This document shows positions 1 to 10,554 of a stretch of DNA of 64,000 nucleotides, piece by piece (positions within the stretch are counted from its first letter, which is position 1; each line of letters starts with the position of its first letter). Origin of the DNA: an uncultured Nitrospiraceae bacterium (GTDB lineage Bacteria > Nitrospirota > Nitrospiria > Nitrospirales > Nitrospiraceae); assembly GCA_963730935.1 (NCBI GenBank), contig CAVSTP010000004.1:576001-640000 (forward strand), in the 5' to 3' direction. Position numbers and translations under genes: made by a program. Under the pieces are notes generated by a model that saw only the letters and a program-made list of their open reading frames with translations, was not told the origin of the DNA and did no database searches.

Positions 1-56
1 CTTTCGCCGTTTGTTCTAACCCATTGACACATAAGAGCCGCCTTCTTCTCTTCGTG

Positions 57-72
57 TGGCCTGCCTTTTGCT
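57..72 (+). promoter_or_regulatory. Putative sigma54 (-24/-12) promoter upstream of the TPR gene, with an IHF-like site at 17-28
   Basis: TGGCCTGCCTTTTGCT: GG(58-59)-N10-GC(70-71); TAACCCATTGAC upstream resembles the reverse IHF consensus. Confidence 0.55.
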
Positions 73-130
73 TGGAGCTGGCCAGGAAAAGGCAGAAATT
101 TAGGTAACCCTCGTCACCCTCTAAGGACCA

Positions 131-598
131 ATGACACCGGAGCTGAATGCGGCTGAGAATTATGAACGTGGTCTGGCGCTGCGAAAAGCCGGGTTATACA
201 AACAGGCCATCGAGGAGTTCGAACAGGCCGCGGCTGACGGCGGGTATGCGCTAAAAGCCTATGCTCAGATCGGCCTTTGCTACAAATCGAGAGGCCGGCA
301 TGAAGAAGCCGTGGCAGCGTTTCGAAAGGCGCTCAAATCCTCCCCCGGGTCAACAAAGGAAAAGGTGCAGATCCTCTACGTGCTGGGCCGCACACTCGAA
401 GTGTTGGGGCGCATGGAAGAAACGCTCGAAGCGTATCGGTGGATCAGGCGGGAGGATCCCGATTACCGGGATGTCGCACAGCGCATTCAACACCTCAGTT
501 CGAAACGATGGTCAGCCAGTGGCGGGCGCGCCGCTCAGCGGTCGTGGGTCACCGAGGTGCTGCGTTCGTGGCATAGCTTGCTCGGCACGACAAAATAG
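131..598 (+). CDS. Tetratricopeptide repeat protein
   Basis: Three TPR-like helical repeats (YERGLAL..A..EF, YAQIGLCY...A..AF, LYVLGRTL...Y); AAGGA RBS. Confidence 0.8.
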   Translation: MTPELNAAENYERGLALRKAGLYKQAIEEFEQAAADGGYALKAYAQIGLCYKSRGRHEEAVAAFRKALKSSPGSTKEKVQILYVLGRTLEVLGRMEETLEAYRWIRREDPDYRDVAQRIQHLSSKRWSASGGRAAQRSWVTEVLRSWHSLLGTTK

Positions 599-3500
599 TC
601 ACAGCCCAGTCAAGTTCCCAATAGCTCGGTAGACGCTGCCGGGATCATCCAAAGCCTTCCAACCCAGCACCGCCGTCGAATCTTCGACATACCGTACGGC
701 TCTCATCCCGTTGAGCACGCAGGTGACACCGGGCGTGCTGGTGAGCACCCACAAGGCCTTCCGCGACATCGACTCTCTTCGTTTTGAGTCGGGAAGCAGG
801 GGATCGATTACTGCGGCCACTTGCTGCGTCCGTGCACGGCTTTTCTCGGCGGCCCCACGGCGTAGCATCCCGAGCAAGGCTAGAAACCGTGGGATGTACC
901 GGTCTCTCCACGCCTCCCACTGTTCGGCCGCTGTTCCCTGCAGCATCCGAGGGATCGCCTGCAGAACCTGGTTCACATGCGGAGCGATCATCTGATGTTC
1001 GATCTGTTCCCAATGCTCCAACCCTTGCAGACGGCCCCGTACCGACGCTAATTCTTCCGCCCAGTTGAAAAACTCTTTAGGGTGCAGCCCTTTCTCCGCG
1101 TGCGGAATGGCCGCAGCCAACTTGGATCGGTATTCCTCTTCCAAGTCGGCCAGAACGCGCAACGCCTCGTCGATGTTTCCGATTTCCCCTTCCAGCGGAA
1201 CATCCGCCAGACGGAGCATGCCGGCACGAGAGGACGGCATGGCGTTGAGCGGCCGATTTACGAGGACGGCGAGATCTTCTTCCTGCTGCGCCAGGTCCAG
1301 GACGGTTGTTTCGTGCCGTGGTCCGGTATTCGCCCGGCTCCAGACATCGCTTTCGAACAGGTTCATCGGACACTGCAGCACCGCTAAGTGATGTCGTGAC
1401 ATCCCGCACGATGCGGCCGCGCGGGCGGCTGCAGAAAGCAGCTCGAACAATGACGTCGATTCAGGATCCTCGGCATCGCGTCCTACATTGTTTGACGATA
1501 CTCCGTACCAACCGATGCGGCCAGCTGCTACCTGGTTTTCCAAATAGGCGAATGCCCGTTCGATGCGTTCATAGAACCGCTTTCGCAGCTCCTCAAGATT
1601 ACCTTCCCCTCGTTGCGTCGCTTCAGACAACATATATTCCGGATTGTGCAACAAACAGACATCGAGTATGGCCAGACCCAGGCGGTCAAGGGAGGCGTCG
1701 AGTTGATCAGCAAGAAATTCCGGATGGATACAGTGCCAAATGCCCTCGCCGTATTTCACCATCTCAGGGTAGGGGCGTCCTGTCCGTTCCCGGGCTTCGG
1801 CCTCCTTGAGGTTGTGTCCCTGCACATAGCCGATCTTCGAGACGACGATGACTTCATCTCTCGCGAGATCATGCTTGGCCACGAGACTGCGGAGGACCGC
1901 CCCGACCAGGCGCTCACTTTCGCCGTCCATATAATTGGTGGAGGTATCGACCACGTTCACGCCGGACGCTAACGCGGTGCCGAGTGCGGTCGCGTACTCT
2001 GGATCAGTGCCGTCGACGCGATACCCACCGAATCCCAGTCGAGATCCCGTGAGGGCCGTCTTCCCGAACCGCGCAAAGCCATATTCGAAACGTCCGTCAG
2101 GGCGCGGAACATTGACGACACGCGCGGCATATCGCGCCGTGCCCTCCACGGTAGCACGGCCGTCAAGCAGTCGACCTTGCAGTTTCAGAGCGGCCGCCGT
2201 CTGCGGAGACCGTTTGGACAATTCGCGTAGCGTTTCAGCGACGGCCACGGCATTGGTCAACGGCTGTTGACATGAGAAGTTCCGGCACACATAGAGCGCC
2301 GCCTGCCCAGCCACCGTCTGTTTGCCGGCAAGCAGCGGATGAGCGGACCCTCCATCTGAACGATGAGTGACGGCGATAATGCGGTTTGGAAGGTACGCCG
2401 TTCGTATCGCGTCTTGAATGGTCGCGAAAGCGGGATCATCCGGTTTGCCCACCAGCGCCAATTCGATGGGACCTTCGGTGAGGAAGTCGACGACGGCTAA
2501 GCTCTTGGCGAATCCGCGCGGGTATCGGGTCAGGTGCCTGCCGTAGGCCCGGATCGCTCCGATGGCCGCCTCGCGAAAATCGGCGCGATCCAGATGAAAT
2601 GACAACCGAGCCAGGACCATCGCCGCGACCGCATTCCCGCTTGGCGTCGCTCCATCGGCGCCTTCACGCCCGCGGAGAATGAGCGCCTCGTGCTCCTTGG
2701 CCGTCGTGAAAAATCCTCCCTGCTCGGCGTCTTGAAACGAGCGGTTCAGGCGTTCAGCCAACCGGCGGGCCGCATCAAGATAGCGGTCGTCTCCGCCGGC
2801 TTCATAGAGATCAACCAAGCCTTCCCCAAGAAACGCGTAGTCTTCCAGAACGGCCTGGAGATGCGCGCGACCGTTCCGAGAGGTTCGGTACAGACGGTCA
2901 TCATCCGTGCGATGCACCTGCAACAGAAAATCCGCGGCCCGCTGTGCCGCGTCCAGATAGTCCCGCCGGCCCAAGACACGCGCGGCTTCCGCCATGGCCG
3001 TGATCACCATGCCGTTCCACGCCGTAATGATTTTATCGTCCAGGCCCGGAGGCACCCGCTCCTTGCGAGCCTCGTACAGGAGAGGCCGCACACGATGCAT
3101 CGTATCCTTGAGCTCATCCGTGGTCACGTTCAGCTCCCGGGCGACGGCGTCGAGCGGTCGCAGGCGATTGGGAATGCTTTTATGCTCCCAATTGCCCTGG
3201 GCCGAAATGTCGTAACAGGAGCAGAACCGGCGTGTGTCCTCGTCATTGCCGACTGCCCGCGCAACCTCCTCGGGCGTCCACACAAAAAACTTCCCTTCCA
3301 CGCCTTCGGAATCCGCATCGGTGGCACTATAAAATCCTCCCCGCGGATCCGTCATTTCGCGGCGAATGTAATCGAGCACCTCGGTCACGACGTCTCGATA
3401 GGCCGCATCGCCGGTCACTTGGAACGCTTCGAGGTAGGTTCTCGCAAGCAAGGCATTGTCGTAGAGCATTTTTTCGAAATGGGGCACGAGCCATCGTTCG

Positions 3501-4294
3501 TCCGTCGAGTACCGCGCGAATCCCCCGCCGACGTGGTCGTAGAGGCCGCCAGCCGCCATGGCGTCCAGAGTGGTTTTGACCATTTGCAGCCCGGCAGGAT
3601 CACCGGTGCGCCGATAGCATCGTAGGAGCAGAGAGAGACCGGCAGCGGGAGGGAATTTTGGCGCGGGGCCGAAGCCACCATACCGGGCGTCGAAATCCTG
3701 ACGATACTCAGGAATCACAGCGTCCAGGACATGCTCGCTGACGGACACCGGCGCCGGAGTCTGCCACTCACGCTGTAACCGAACCGTGAGATCTTGAGCC
3801 TGATGTCGTACTCCATTGGCATCTCGGTCCCACACCTCGGCAATTTTCTTCAGGAGATCCGGAAAGCCTGGCCGGCCCCACCGCCCTTCGGGAGGAAAAT
3901 ACGTGCCCGCAAAAAAGGGCTGTTGTTCCGGTGTGAGAAAGACCGTCATCGGCCAACCCCCTTGCCCCTGGTTCATGGCCACGGTGGCGGCCATGTAGAT
4001 CTCATCGAGATCTGGGCGTTCCTCCCGGTCGACCTTGACGCAGACGAACCAGCGATTCATCAAGGCCGCGATCGCTTCGTTTTCAAACGATTCGCGCTCC
4101 ATGACATGACACCAGTGACAGGCGGAATAGCCGATGGACAAGAGGATCGGGCAGTTTCTTTGTTTGGCGGCCTCTAGTGCTTCCGGCCCCCAGGGATACC
4201 ACTCGACCGGGTTATGGGCGTGCTGGAGGAGATACGGGCTGGTTTCGTGAATCAGGCGATTGGGTTGACGGGGAGACGTGAACGTCGAGGACAT
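599..4294 (-). CDS. YyaL/SSP411-like thioredoxin (DUF255) and six-hairpin glycosidase-like protein fused to a C-terminal aldo/keto reductase domain
   Basis: [39 protein letters not shown]; after about aa 700 AKR motifs LGFGGYR, DTSTNY, SKIG, LLHNPE. Confidence 0.85.
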   Translation of the reverse strand: MSSTFTSPRQPNRLIHETSPYLLQHAHNPVEWYPWGPEALEAAKQRNCPILLSIGYSACHWCHVMERESFENEAIAALMNRWFVCVKVDREERPDLDEIYMAATVAMNQGQGGWPMTVFLTPEQQPFFAGTYFPPEGRWGRPGFPDLLKKIAEVWDRDANGVRHQAQDLTVRLQREWQTPAPVSVSEHVLDAVIPEYRQDFDARYGGFGPAPKFPPAAGLSLLLRCYRRTGDPAGLQMVKTTLDAMAAGGLYDHVGGGFARYSTDERWLVPHFEKMLYDNALLARTYLEAFQVTGDAAYRDVVTEVLDYIRREMTDPRGGFYSATDADSEGVEGKFFVWTPEEVARAVGNDEDTRRFCSCYDISAQGNWEHKSIPNRLRPLDAVARELNVTTDELKDTMHRVRPLLYEARKERVPPGLDDKIITAWNGMVITAMAEAARVLGRRDYLDAAQRAADFLLQVHRTDDDRLYRTSRNGRAHLQAVLEDYAFLGEGLVDLYEAGGDDRYLDAARRLAERLNRSFQDAEQGGFFTTAKEHEALILRGREGADGATPSGNAVAAMVLARLSFHLDRADFREAAIGAIRAYGRHLTRYPRGFAKSLAVVDFLTEGPIELALVGKPDDPAFATIQDAIRTAYLPNRIIAVTHRSDGGSAHPLLAGKQTVAGQAALYVCRNFSCQQPLTNAVAVAETLRELSKRSPQTAAALKLQGRLLDGRATVEGTARYAARVVNVPRPDGRFEYGFARFGKTALTGSRLGFGGYRVDGTDPEYATALGTALASGVNVVDTSTNYMDGESERLVGAVLRSLVAKHDLARDEVIVVSKIGYVQGHNLKEAEARERTGRPYPEMVKYGEGIWHCIHPEFLADQLDASLDRLGLAILDVCLLHNPEYMLSEATQRGEGNLEELRKRFYERIERAFAYLENQVAAGRIGWYGVSSNNVGRDAEDPESTSLFELLSAAARAAASCGMSRHHLAVLQCPMNLFESDVWSRANTGPRHETTVLDLAQQEEDLAVLVNRPLNAMPSSRAGMLRLADVPLEGEIGNIDEALRVLADLEEEYRSKLAAAIPHAEKGLHPKEFFNWAEELASVRGRLQGLEHWEQIEHQMIAPHVNQVLQAIPRMLQGTAAEQWEAWRDRYIPRFLALLGMLRRGAAEKSRARTQQVAAVIDPLLPDSKRRESMSRKALWVLTSTPGVTCVLNGMRAVRYVEDSTAVLGWKALDDPGSVYRAIGNLTGL

Positions 4295-4352
4295 GGGTCA
4301 CGGTAGCACCCTGTTCCGAAACGGGTCAATCAGGTCGTCGAGGGCAACAAAA

Positions 4353-4387
4353 AAGAAGGTCTACGACACAGTGTCGTAGACCTTCTT
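4353..4387 (-). terminator. Intrinsic terminator downstream of the small Lys-rich peptide gene
   Basis: 17-bp perfect inverted repeat AAGAAGGTCTACGACAC/GTGTCGTAGACCTTCTT with a T-run on the minus strand. Confidence 0.8.
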
Positions 4388-4419
4388 CGTAAATCCTGAA
4401 ACCCGGAGAGGGGAGATGC

Positions 4420-4635
4420 TTACTTGCCCTTCTCATCCTTCTTTTGTTCCTTCGGCTCGTCCATTTGGCCGCCCTTCTTCTCTTCCTTCTTGTCCTTCGT
4501 CTCATCGCCATACACAAGGACATGGCCGCCCTTCTTCTCATCCTTCTTGTCCTTCTTTTCCTCGCCCGCGAACGAAGGCGCGCTGAAGGAAATCGCCACT
4601 GCCACCGCCATGACTGCCATTAACATGCGTTTCAT
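4420..4635 (-). CDS. Small secreted Lys/Glu/Asp-rich repeat peptide (71 aa)
   Basis: Sec signal MKRMLMAVMAVAVAISFSAPSFA, strong purine-rich RBS, internal KDKK(D/E)EKKGG repeats, own terminator. Confidence 0.75.
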   Translation of the reverse strand: MKRMLMAVMAVAVAISFSAPSFAGEEKKDKKDEKKGGHVLVYGDETKDKKEEKKGGQMDEPKEQKKDEKGK

Positions 4636-4818
4636 AACCCTCTCCCCCCTTTAAAAAAGATAGTTGTTCTTGCCTGCCCATCAGGCAAACGGATGAAACG
4701 TACCCAATTCCAGCTGAGGTTGTCAATCGACATTGAGGCCTATCCAAAGGTGATTACGAGGCGCCCGCCTGTTGCCTCTGTGGTATGGTTATGACAATGC
4801 TGCTGGAGTTCTTCTGGC

Positions 4819-6261
4819 ATGAATGACATCGGCCCATACTCAAACTATCGCTTGACTGTTAGACTCGAACTTGCCAATAAACCTGGGATGTTTGCGACCG
4901 TCGCCTCGGCGCTCGCGGAAGAAGGGGCCAACCTCGGCGCCGTCGATCTGGCGTCGGCGACCGCAGAGCGAATGGTGAGGGACGTCACCTTCGACGTGCG
5001 CGATGAGGCGCATGGCGAACGTGTGTTGGCCAGGCTCAATGACATTCCCGATGTCACCGTCCTTTCCGCGTCAGATCGCATCTTCCTGTTGCATCTCGGG
5101 GGCAAGATCCAAGTGAGGAGCAAACTTCCGCTGACCACACGTAACGTGCTCTCCATGGTGTATACGCCAGGGGTTGGACGGGTCGCTCAGGCCATCGCCA
5201 GCGACAAAAGCAAAGCGTTCGCCTTTACGACGAAGAGCAACAGCGTCGCGGTGGTGACCGACGGTTCTGCCGTGCTGGGATTGGGGAATCTGGGCCCGGA
5301 GGCGGCATTGCCCGTCATGGAAGGAAAAGCGATGCTCTTCAGGGAATTGGCGGGGATCGACGCGTGGCCCATCTGCCTCGCCACTCAAGACCCCGACGAG
5401 ATCGTTCGCACCGTCCAGGCGATTGCACCGGGGTTCGGTGCGATCAATCTCGAAGATATCGGCGCCCCCCGCTGTTTTGATATCGAGCGCCGCTTGAAGG
5501 CTTCACTCGACATTCCGGTCATGCATGACGACCAGCACGGCACTGCCGTCGTCCTGCTGGCGGCCTTAACGAATGGGTTGACGGTGGTCGGCAAATCGAT
5601 GGATCAGGTCCGCGTCGTCGTCAACGGACTCGGAGCAGCCGGTACCGCGTGTTGCCGCATGCTGTTGGCCGCCGGCGTCTCGCATCTGATCGGCTGCGAC
5701 AAAGAAGGTATCATCCTCCATGGCGATCCTGCCCATCTTCGTGCCTCCCGGACCGACCTCTCTGCCTGTCTGACGCCGCATCAACCGCACGGAACGTTGC
5801 GTGACGCCTTAAAGGATGCAGACGTGTTCATCGGGCTGTCCGTCGGCAATCTCCTCAGCGCCGAGGATCTGGATCCCATGGCCCCTGACCGCATTGTCTT
5901 TGCCATGGCGAATCCGGACCCAGAGGTCTCTCCCGAATTGGCGCTTTCACACTGCCGCATCTTTGCCACCGGACGCTCGGATTTTCCCAACCAGATCAAC
6001 AACGCGTTGGCATTTCCCGGCATCTTCCGCGGCGCGCTCGACGTGCAAGCGAACGAAATAAACGAATCGATGAAACTCGCAGCCGCACGCGCATTAGCGG
6101 AGACGATTCCTCGGGCCGCGCTGAGCGAGGACTACATCATTCCCAGCATCTTCGACAAGGACGTGGTGCCGCGGGTGTCACGAGCCGTCGCAGCTGCTGC
6201 GCACACCAGCGGAGCCGCCCGCCGGCGGTTGAAACTGTCCGAGGAACGCCCGACCGGATAA
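4819..6261 (+). CDS. NAD(P)-dependent malic enzyme with N-terminal ACT domain
   Basis: ACT-like NKPGMFA; YTPGV, VTDGSAVLGLG, PVMEGKA, NLEDI, HDDQHGT, GLGAAG, TGRSDFPNQINN. Confidence 0.9.
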   Translation: MNDIGPYSNYRLTVRLELANKPGMFATVASALAEEGANLGAVDLASATAERMVRDVTFDVRDEAHGERVLARLNDIPDVTVLSASDRIFLLHLGGKIQVRSKLPLTTRNVLSMVYTPGVGRVAQAIASDKSKAFAFTTKSNSVAVVTDGSAVLGLGNLGPEAALPVMEGKAMLFRELAGIDAWPICLATQDPDEIVRTVQAIAPGFGAINLEDIGAPRCFDIERRLKASLDIPVMHDDQHGTAVVLLAALTNGLTVVGKSMDQVRVVVNGLGAAGTACCRMLLAAGVSHLIGCDKEGIILHGDPAHLRASRTDLSACLTPHQPHGTLRDALKDADVFIGLSVGNLLSAEDLDPMAPDRIVFAMANPDPEVSPELALSHCRIFATGRSDFPNQINNALAFPGIFRGALDVQANEINESMKLAAARALAETIPRAALSEDYIIPSIFDKDVVPRVSRAVAAAAHTSGAARRRLKLSEERPTG

Positions 6262-6366
6262 ACCCAACTTGCCCGCTTGCTCGCCGTTTGCTCTCACATC
6301 TCGTATCCTTCAGCGCCGCTGTGGGCCTATGCTACAATGGCGCGATCTTCGGGAGTGCAGACGTCG

Positions 6367-6999
6367 ATGCCCTTTTCCTCCAGTAAGTACATCAAGTTCC
6401 GAAGCAGCATGCACAAACGAATCGGGTCCCTGCGTTTGAAGACCGAGGACAGCATGGAATTCGCCGTCGACACCATGATGGAGGAGCGTGTCGACAGCTA
6501 CTTTCGCATCGAGCAAGGACTCGATGAGATCATCAAGTCCCTGTTACAGATAGAGGAAGAGCTTGAGCAAATCTCCGACCTGTCCGGAGCCATGCGCCTG
6601 GAATCGAGGCTGGAGTTCGTCGAAGACCGGTGGGACGACCTGGACAGCGAGATCCGCGAGCGGCCAAGGCGCCGGCGGCGGCGGATCAGCCTTGCCGACA
6701 TGTTGAAGGCGGCCGGCGGGGGCGGGGGAGATCTGTCGCAAAGCCCGGGGAGCGTCAATAATGCGGTGGACGCCTATGCAATCATGGGCGTCGAGTTCGG
6801 CAGCTCTCTCGCTGATGTGACGGCCGCGTTCAGACATAAGGCGAAGCTGCTTCATCCAGATGCCAATCAGGGGGACCGTAGCTCCGAACCGGAATTGCGG
6901 CGAATGCTCGAAGCCTATCAATTCTTGAAGGAGTACTTGAGCCTCAGCAATACAGAGCCCATGCGACCGCCCGATCGTCCGTTCAGTCCAGCCGAGTAA
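6367..6999 (+). CDS. Protein with coiled coil and C-terminal DnaJ (J) domain
   Basis: AYAIMGV...AFRHKAKLLHPD J-domain with HPD; start set at ATG 6367 after GGGAG (ORF open from 6277). Confidence 0.75.
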   Translation: MPFSSSKYIKFRSSMHKRIGSLRLKTEDSMEFAVDTMMEERVDSYFRIEQGLDEIIKSLLQIEEELEQISDLSGAMRLESRLEFVEDRWDDLDSEIRERPRRRRRRISLADMLKAAGGGGGDLSQSPGSVNNAVDAYAIMGVEFGSSLADVTAAFRHKAKLLHPDANQGDRSSEPELRRMLEAYQFLKEYLSLSNTEPMRPPDRPFSPAE

Positions 7000-7005
7000 A
7001 CACCA

Positions 7006-8217
7006 GTGACCACTCCTTTGCAGGAACATTACATCACCAACGGCGCAGCCCTGGAGACGCTTTGTCGGCAATTACGGTCGAGCCGGCGGTTGGGGCTGGA
7101 TACGGAATTCGTCGGCGAAGACAGCTTCATTCCGAAACTGGAACTCATCCAGGTGGCCGCTCAGGACATTTCCGCCGTCATTGATTTTCCAGCCGTCCAG
7201 TCCAACGGCTCTCTGGCTCCGTTTTGGGAATTGATCTGCGATCCGCACGTGGAAAAGATCGTTCATGCAGGCCGCCAGGATCTGGATCTATTCGCGCTGC
7301 ACGCCGGCCAAATTCCAAAGCCATTTTTCGATACCCAGATTGCCGCCGCCATGCTGGGATTCGGCGCCCAAGTCGCCTATGCCAATCTCGTGCAACGGAT
7401 CCACGGTACAAGACTTGCGAAAGCACATACATTTACCAATTGGAGCGCCCGTCCGCTCTCGACCGATCAAATCGCCTACGCGGCGGAAGACGTGCAGTTC
7501 CTTCTCCCTCTCCATACGTATCTGCAGAACAGGCTGCATGCGCTCGGACGCACCGAATGGGTCCGAGAGGAGTTCTCACGGTTGGAAACCGCCGTGACAG
7601 AAAAAAGCAAGGATCCTCTCGATCGTTATCAGCGAATCAGAGGATGGGACAGTCTCAAGCCAAAGCAAGCCGCCATTTTACGGGATCTCGCAGCGTGGCG
7701 TGAAACGGAAGCCCGGCGGCGCAACGTTCCGCGAGGGCGCGTGATGCGCGATGAGGTGTTACTGCAACTCGCGCGGCATCCGCCGGCGACTGTGGAAGAA
7801 CTGCGCGGCCTCCGTGGATTGCACGGTGGTGAGATTGACCGCAATGGTGAGCAGTTGATCGCCACCATCACCGCGTCTCTGGCGCTGCCGCCGGCTGCGT
7901 GGCCGCAGGTGCCGCGGGACCGAAAACCTGAACCGGAATCGATCGGACTGGTTGAGCTGCTTCAGGCAGTCCTTAAGGCTCGCGCGGCCGATGCGGAAAT
8001 CGCCCCCACTCTGTTGGCCACAAGCGGGGACCTTCAGGCCCTCGTCGAAGCCAAGGAAAAGCACAAGACGCCCGACTTGCCGGTCTTGCGCGGATGGCGG
8101 CGTGAATTGATCGGTGATCTGCTCGTGCAAATTTTGGACGGCAAGGTGAGAGTATCTGTGGACCCTCAGAAAGGGGTGTTGCGCATGTCCGGGGATCCCA
8201 TCACACACCCGCAGTAG
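7006..8217 (+). CDS. rnd: Ribonuclease D (DEDDy exonuclease plus HRDC)
   Basis: LGLDTEF, HAGRQD, FDTQIAA, NWSARPL, YAAEDV, WRETEARRRNVP. Confidence 0.9.
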   Translation: MTTPLQEHYITNGAALETLCRQLRSSRRLGLDTEFVGEDSFIPKLELIQVAAQDISAVIDFPAVQSNGSLAPFWELICDPHVEKIVHAGRQDLDLFALHAGQIPKPFFDTQIAAAMLGFGAQVAYANLVQRIHGTRLAKAHTFTNWSARPLSTDQIAYAAEDVQFLLPLHTYLQNRLHALGRTEWVREEFSRLETAVTEKSKDPLDRYQRIRGWDSLKPKQAAILRDLAAWRETEARRRNVPRGRVMRDEVLLQLARHPPATVEELRGLRGLHGGEIDRNGEQLIATITASLALPPAAWPQVPRDRKPEPESIGLVELLQAVLKARAADAEIAPTLLATSGDLQALVEAKEKHKTPDLPVLRGWRRELIGDLLVQILDGKVRVSVDPQKGVLRMSGDPITHPQ

Positions 8218-8363
8218 TTTCCAACCTCTGTCTGTCCCTGTTCAAAAGTTACCGCTCGCGGATGACAAACCTGCACCGCCGTCATCGGTTCTGCCCAACG
8301 GTGGACCGGAAAAGGGCAAGCTTATTGGCCAATCAGCATTGACCCGATGCCTCCCGACCGCTT

Positions 8364-8380
8364 TTGGTACGAAACTCGCA
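8364..8380 (+). promoter_or_regulatory. Putative sigma54 promoter of the GGDEF-like gene
   Basis: TTGGTACGAAACTCGCA: GG(8366-67)-N10-GC(8378-79), about 25 bp before the ATG; imperfect -12. Confidence 0.4.
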
Positions 8381-8404
8381 GGTTGAAGGCCCTGAGCTGC
8401 GGGA

Positions 8405-9703
8405 ATGCTGTATCGCCTGCTACAACCGCTCTTGACGTTCGTGTTTCCAGGTGGGCTGCTCCTCCTGGCCGCCCTTGGTTTCCTACGTCCGCAAGGGCTG
8501 CCTGTGTGGTGCCAGGGTCCCGTCGCAGCGCTGCCCTACCTCGCGTTGACGTTCGGTCTCGTGTTCGGCTGGTACTTTGCCAACACACGGATGCTGCTTT
8601 CGCTTCTCAGCCTGACCTTTGCGAGCCAAGCCCTGGCCACATGGCCGCTTGAGAATAACCACGCATCGGTCTCGCACACGATCTTTGCTGCGGCAACGTT
8701 CCTTCTGCCTCTCAATTTCCTGGCGTTCTCAATCCTCAAGGAAGAGGCGATCGGCAGCCTCCAGGGAGCCGTACGCGTGCTGCTCTTTCTGCTTCAGCCC
8801 TTCGTTGTGCTGTGGCTCTGCGATCCGACGAACCAGGACATGGCCTTGGCGCTTCAGACGGATTACCTTCCCGACTGGTCGGCGTCTTGGACCCCGGTTC
8901 CTCAAGCAGCCCTGTTGGTTTTTCTCATCTCCGGCGTGATGCACCTCGTACGATTTGTCCTTCGTCGGCATCCGATGGATGCAGGGGCAACGTGGGCATT
9001 GGCCGCTATATTTCTCGCGTACCATGGCACGCAGTTCGGGTGGCGGCCGACGAATTTCTTCGCGACCGCCGGGCTCATCTTGTTCTTGTCCCTTGTGCAG
9101 GCGTCCTATCAGCAAACCTACCGTGACGCACTGACCGGGATCCCGGGGCGAATAGCGTACGAGGAAGCGACGGCCCAGCTGGGCAGAAAGTTTGCCATGG
9201 CGGTGTTGGCCATCGATCAACTGAAAACATATGCCGGGACTCACGGTAAACCAGTCGTCGAACAAATCCTCAAGCTGGCCGCGACCAAAGTACAGGCCGC
9301 CTGTCGAGCGGGCCGCGTGTTCCGCGTGAGCGGAGAGGAACTTACCTTGCTGTTTCCCCGTCAGTCGGCAGTGGAAGCGCTCGTAGAGTTGGAGAACATC
9401 AGGAAGAGTGTGGAGTCGACCTCCCTGTATCTTCGCGACGGTCAGCGGCTCTGGGACAACACTCGGGGCGCCGCTTCGCCGGGTCGGAATGACCAGGAAC
9501 TTTCGATGACGGCCAGCATCGGGGTGGCGGACACCGCCGCCGAGGGGGCCACACTCAGCATGGTGATCAAGGCGGCGTATCGTGCGCTCTACGAGGCCAA
9601 GGCCGGAGGCGGAAATACCCTGAAGCGCGGGGCGATTACAGCGGAATCATTCCGGCGGTCAGCGAAGTACCCCGCGGCTGTCAACACCGGCACCGAATGC
9701 TGA
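8405..9703 (+). CDS. Multi-pass membrane protein with degenerate GGDEF domain
   Basis: Several hydrophobic helices, then RDALTGIPGR, AIDQLK, RVSGEEL, TASIGVA, ALYEAKAGG. Confidence 0.8.
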   Translation: MLYRLLQPLLTFVFPGGLLLLAALGFLRPQGLPVWCQGPVAALPYLALTFGLVFGWYFANTRMLLSLLSLTFASQALATWPLENNHASVSHTIFAAATFLLPLNFLAFSILKEEAIGSLQGAVRVLLFLLQPFVVLWLCDPTNQDMALALQTDYLPDWSASWTPVPQAALLVFLISGVMHLVRFVLRRHPMDAGATWALAAIFLAYHGTQFGWRPTNFFATAGLILFLSLVQASYQQTYRDALTGIPGRIAYEEATAQLGRKFAMAVLAIDQLKTYAGTHGKPVVEQILKLAATKVQAACRAGRVFRVSGEELTLLFPRQSAVEALVELENIRKSVESTSLYLRDGQRLWDNTRGAASPGRNDQELSMTASIGVADTAAEGATLSMVIKAAYRALYEAKAGGGNTLKRGAITAESFRRSAKYPAAVNTGTEC

Positions 9704-9709
9704 CGGCTC

Positions 9710-10060
9710 TCACCTCAGATTCTTCACTCGGTCAGCCGGCCTGGCCAGCCAGGCCTTTTCGCCCTTCTCGACAATCGGACGTTGAATTAAATCCGGATGT
9801 TCAACCATCAGGTCGATCAAGGCGTCGTCCGGCAGTGTGGTCTTCGCAAGGTTCATTTCCTTATAGAGATCTTCTTTGGTTCTGAGGATCTCGCGCGGTG
9901 ACAATCCAGCCTTCTTCAACAGCGCTTTCAGCTGCGACTTTGTAAACCGCTCCTCGTAATAATTGACGACGGTGAACGGCGTGCCGCTTTCTTTGAGCAA
10001 TTGCACCGCCTGCCGGCACGTGGAACACGTCGGTTTCTGATAGATGGTCAGCTTAGACAT
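9710..10060 (-). CDS. ArsC/Spx/MgsR family protein
   Basis: MSKLTIYQKPTCSTCR (CxxC), PDLIQRPIV; start at ATG 10060 after AAGGAG. Confidence 0.85.
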   Translation of the reverse strand: MSKLTIYQKPTCSTCRQAVQLLKESGTPFTVVNYYEERFTKSQLKALLKKAGLSPREILRTKEDLYKEMNLAKTTLPDDALIDLMVEHPDLIQRPIVEKGEKAWLARPADRVKNLR

Positions 10061-10158
10061 GCAAGACTCCTTTGCGCCCGGAAGAATTGATCGCTTGACG
10101 TCATTTTTTTTCCTATGGTACAGGTTGCCATCAGTCACACTCACGGCCTGTGCCCACG

Positions 10159-10527
10159 ATGCCAACGGTAGGAACAAGTTCCAGCGGCCACTTCTCTTGT
10201 GTCAGCGCCACGCAGCACTCCCTGCGCGATCTCGGCACGAAGCGAAAGGGCCAACCGGTGTTCGTGGTTGGCCACGTGCTAGAGCGCAAGGGACAGGAAG
10301 CCACGTTCGAGGTGTTCAACGATCGGCTCGCCGTCGTGAAATTTGCCGACGGAGTGGCCATCGGATATGACCCCTACGAATTACTCCTTCCCACAGACAT
10401 CGATCCGGACGGAACCGCCTATTTTGAAATCCGTCCTTGTGCCCAATGCCAACAACTCTTTCCGCTGACGTCCGACGAATGCGAATCAGACACGGAGCCG
10501 ACGACCTGCCCGGAATGCCGCGGCTGA
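10159..10527 (+). CDS. Hypothetical protein with C-terminal Zn-ribbon (CAQC...CPEC)
   Basis: Fills the gap, two CxxC pairs; start uncertain (10150 or 10159). Confidence 0.65.
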   Translation: MPTVGTSSSGHFSCVSATQHSLRDLGTKRKGQPVFVVGHVLERKGQEATFEVFNDRLAVVKFADGVAIGYDPYELLLPTDIDPDGTAYFEIRPCAQCQQLFPLTSDECESDTEPTTCPECRG

Positions 10528-10554
10528 GCGCCTACAGAGCACTGCCCGCTGATG

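Noticed and set aside
4420..4635. RiPP precursor with double-glycine leaders
   Set aside because: It has a Sec signal, and no modifying enzyme or peptidase-ABC transporter lies nearby.
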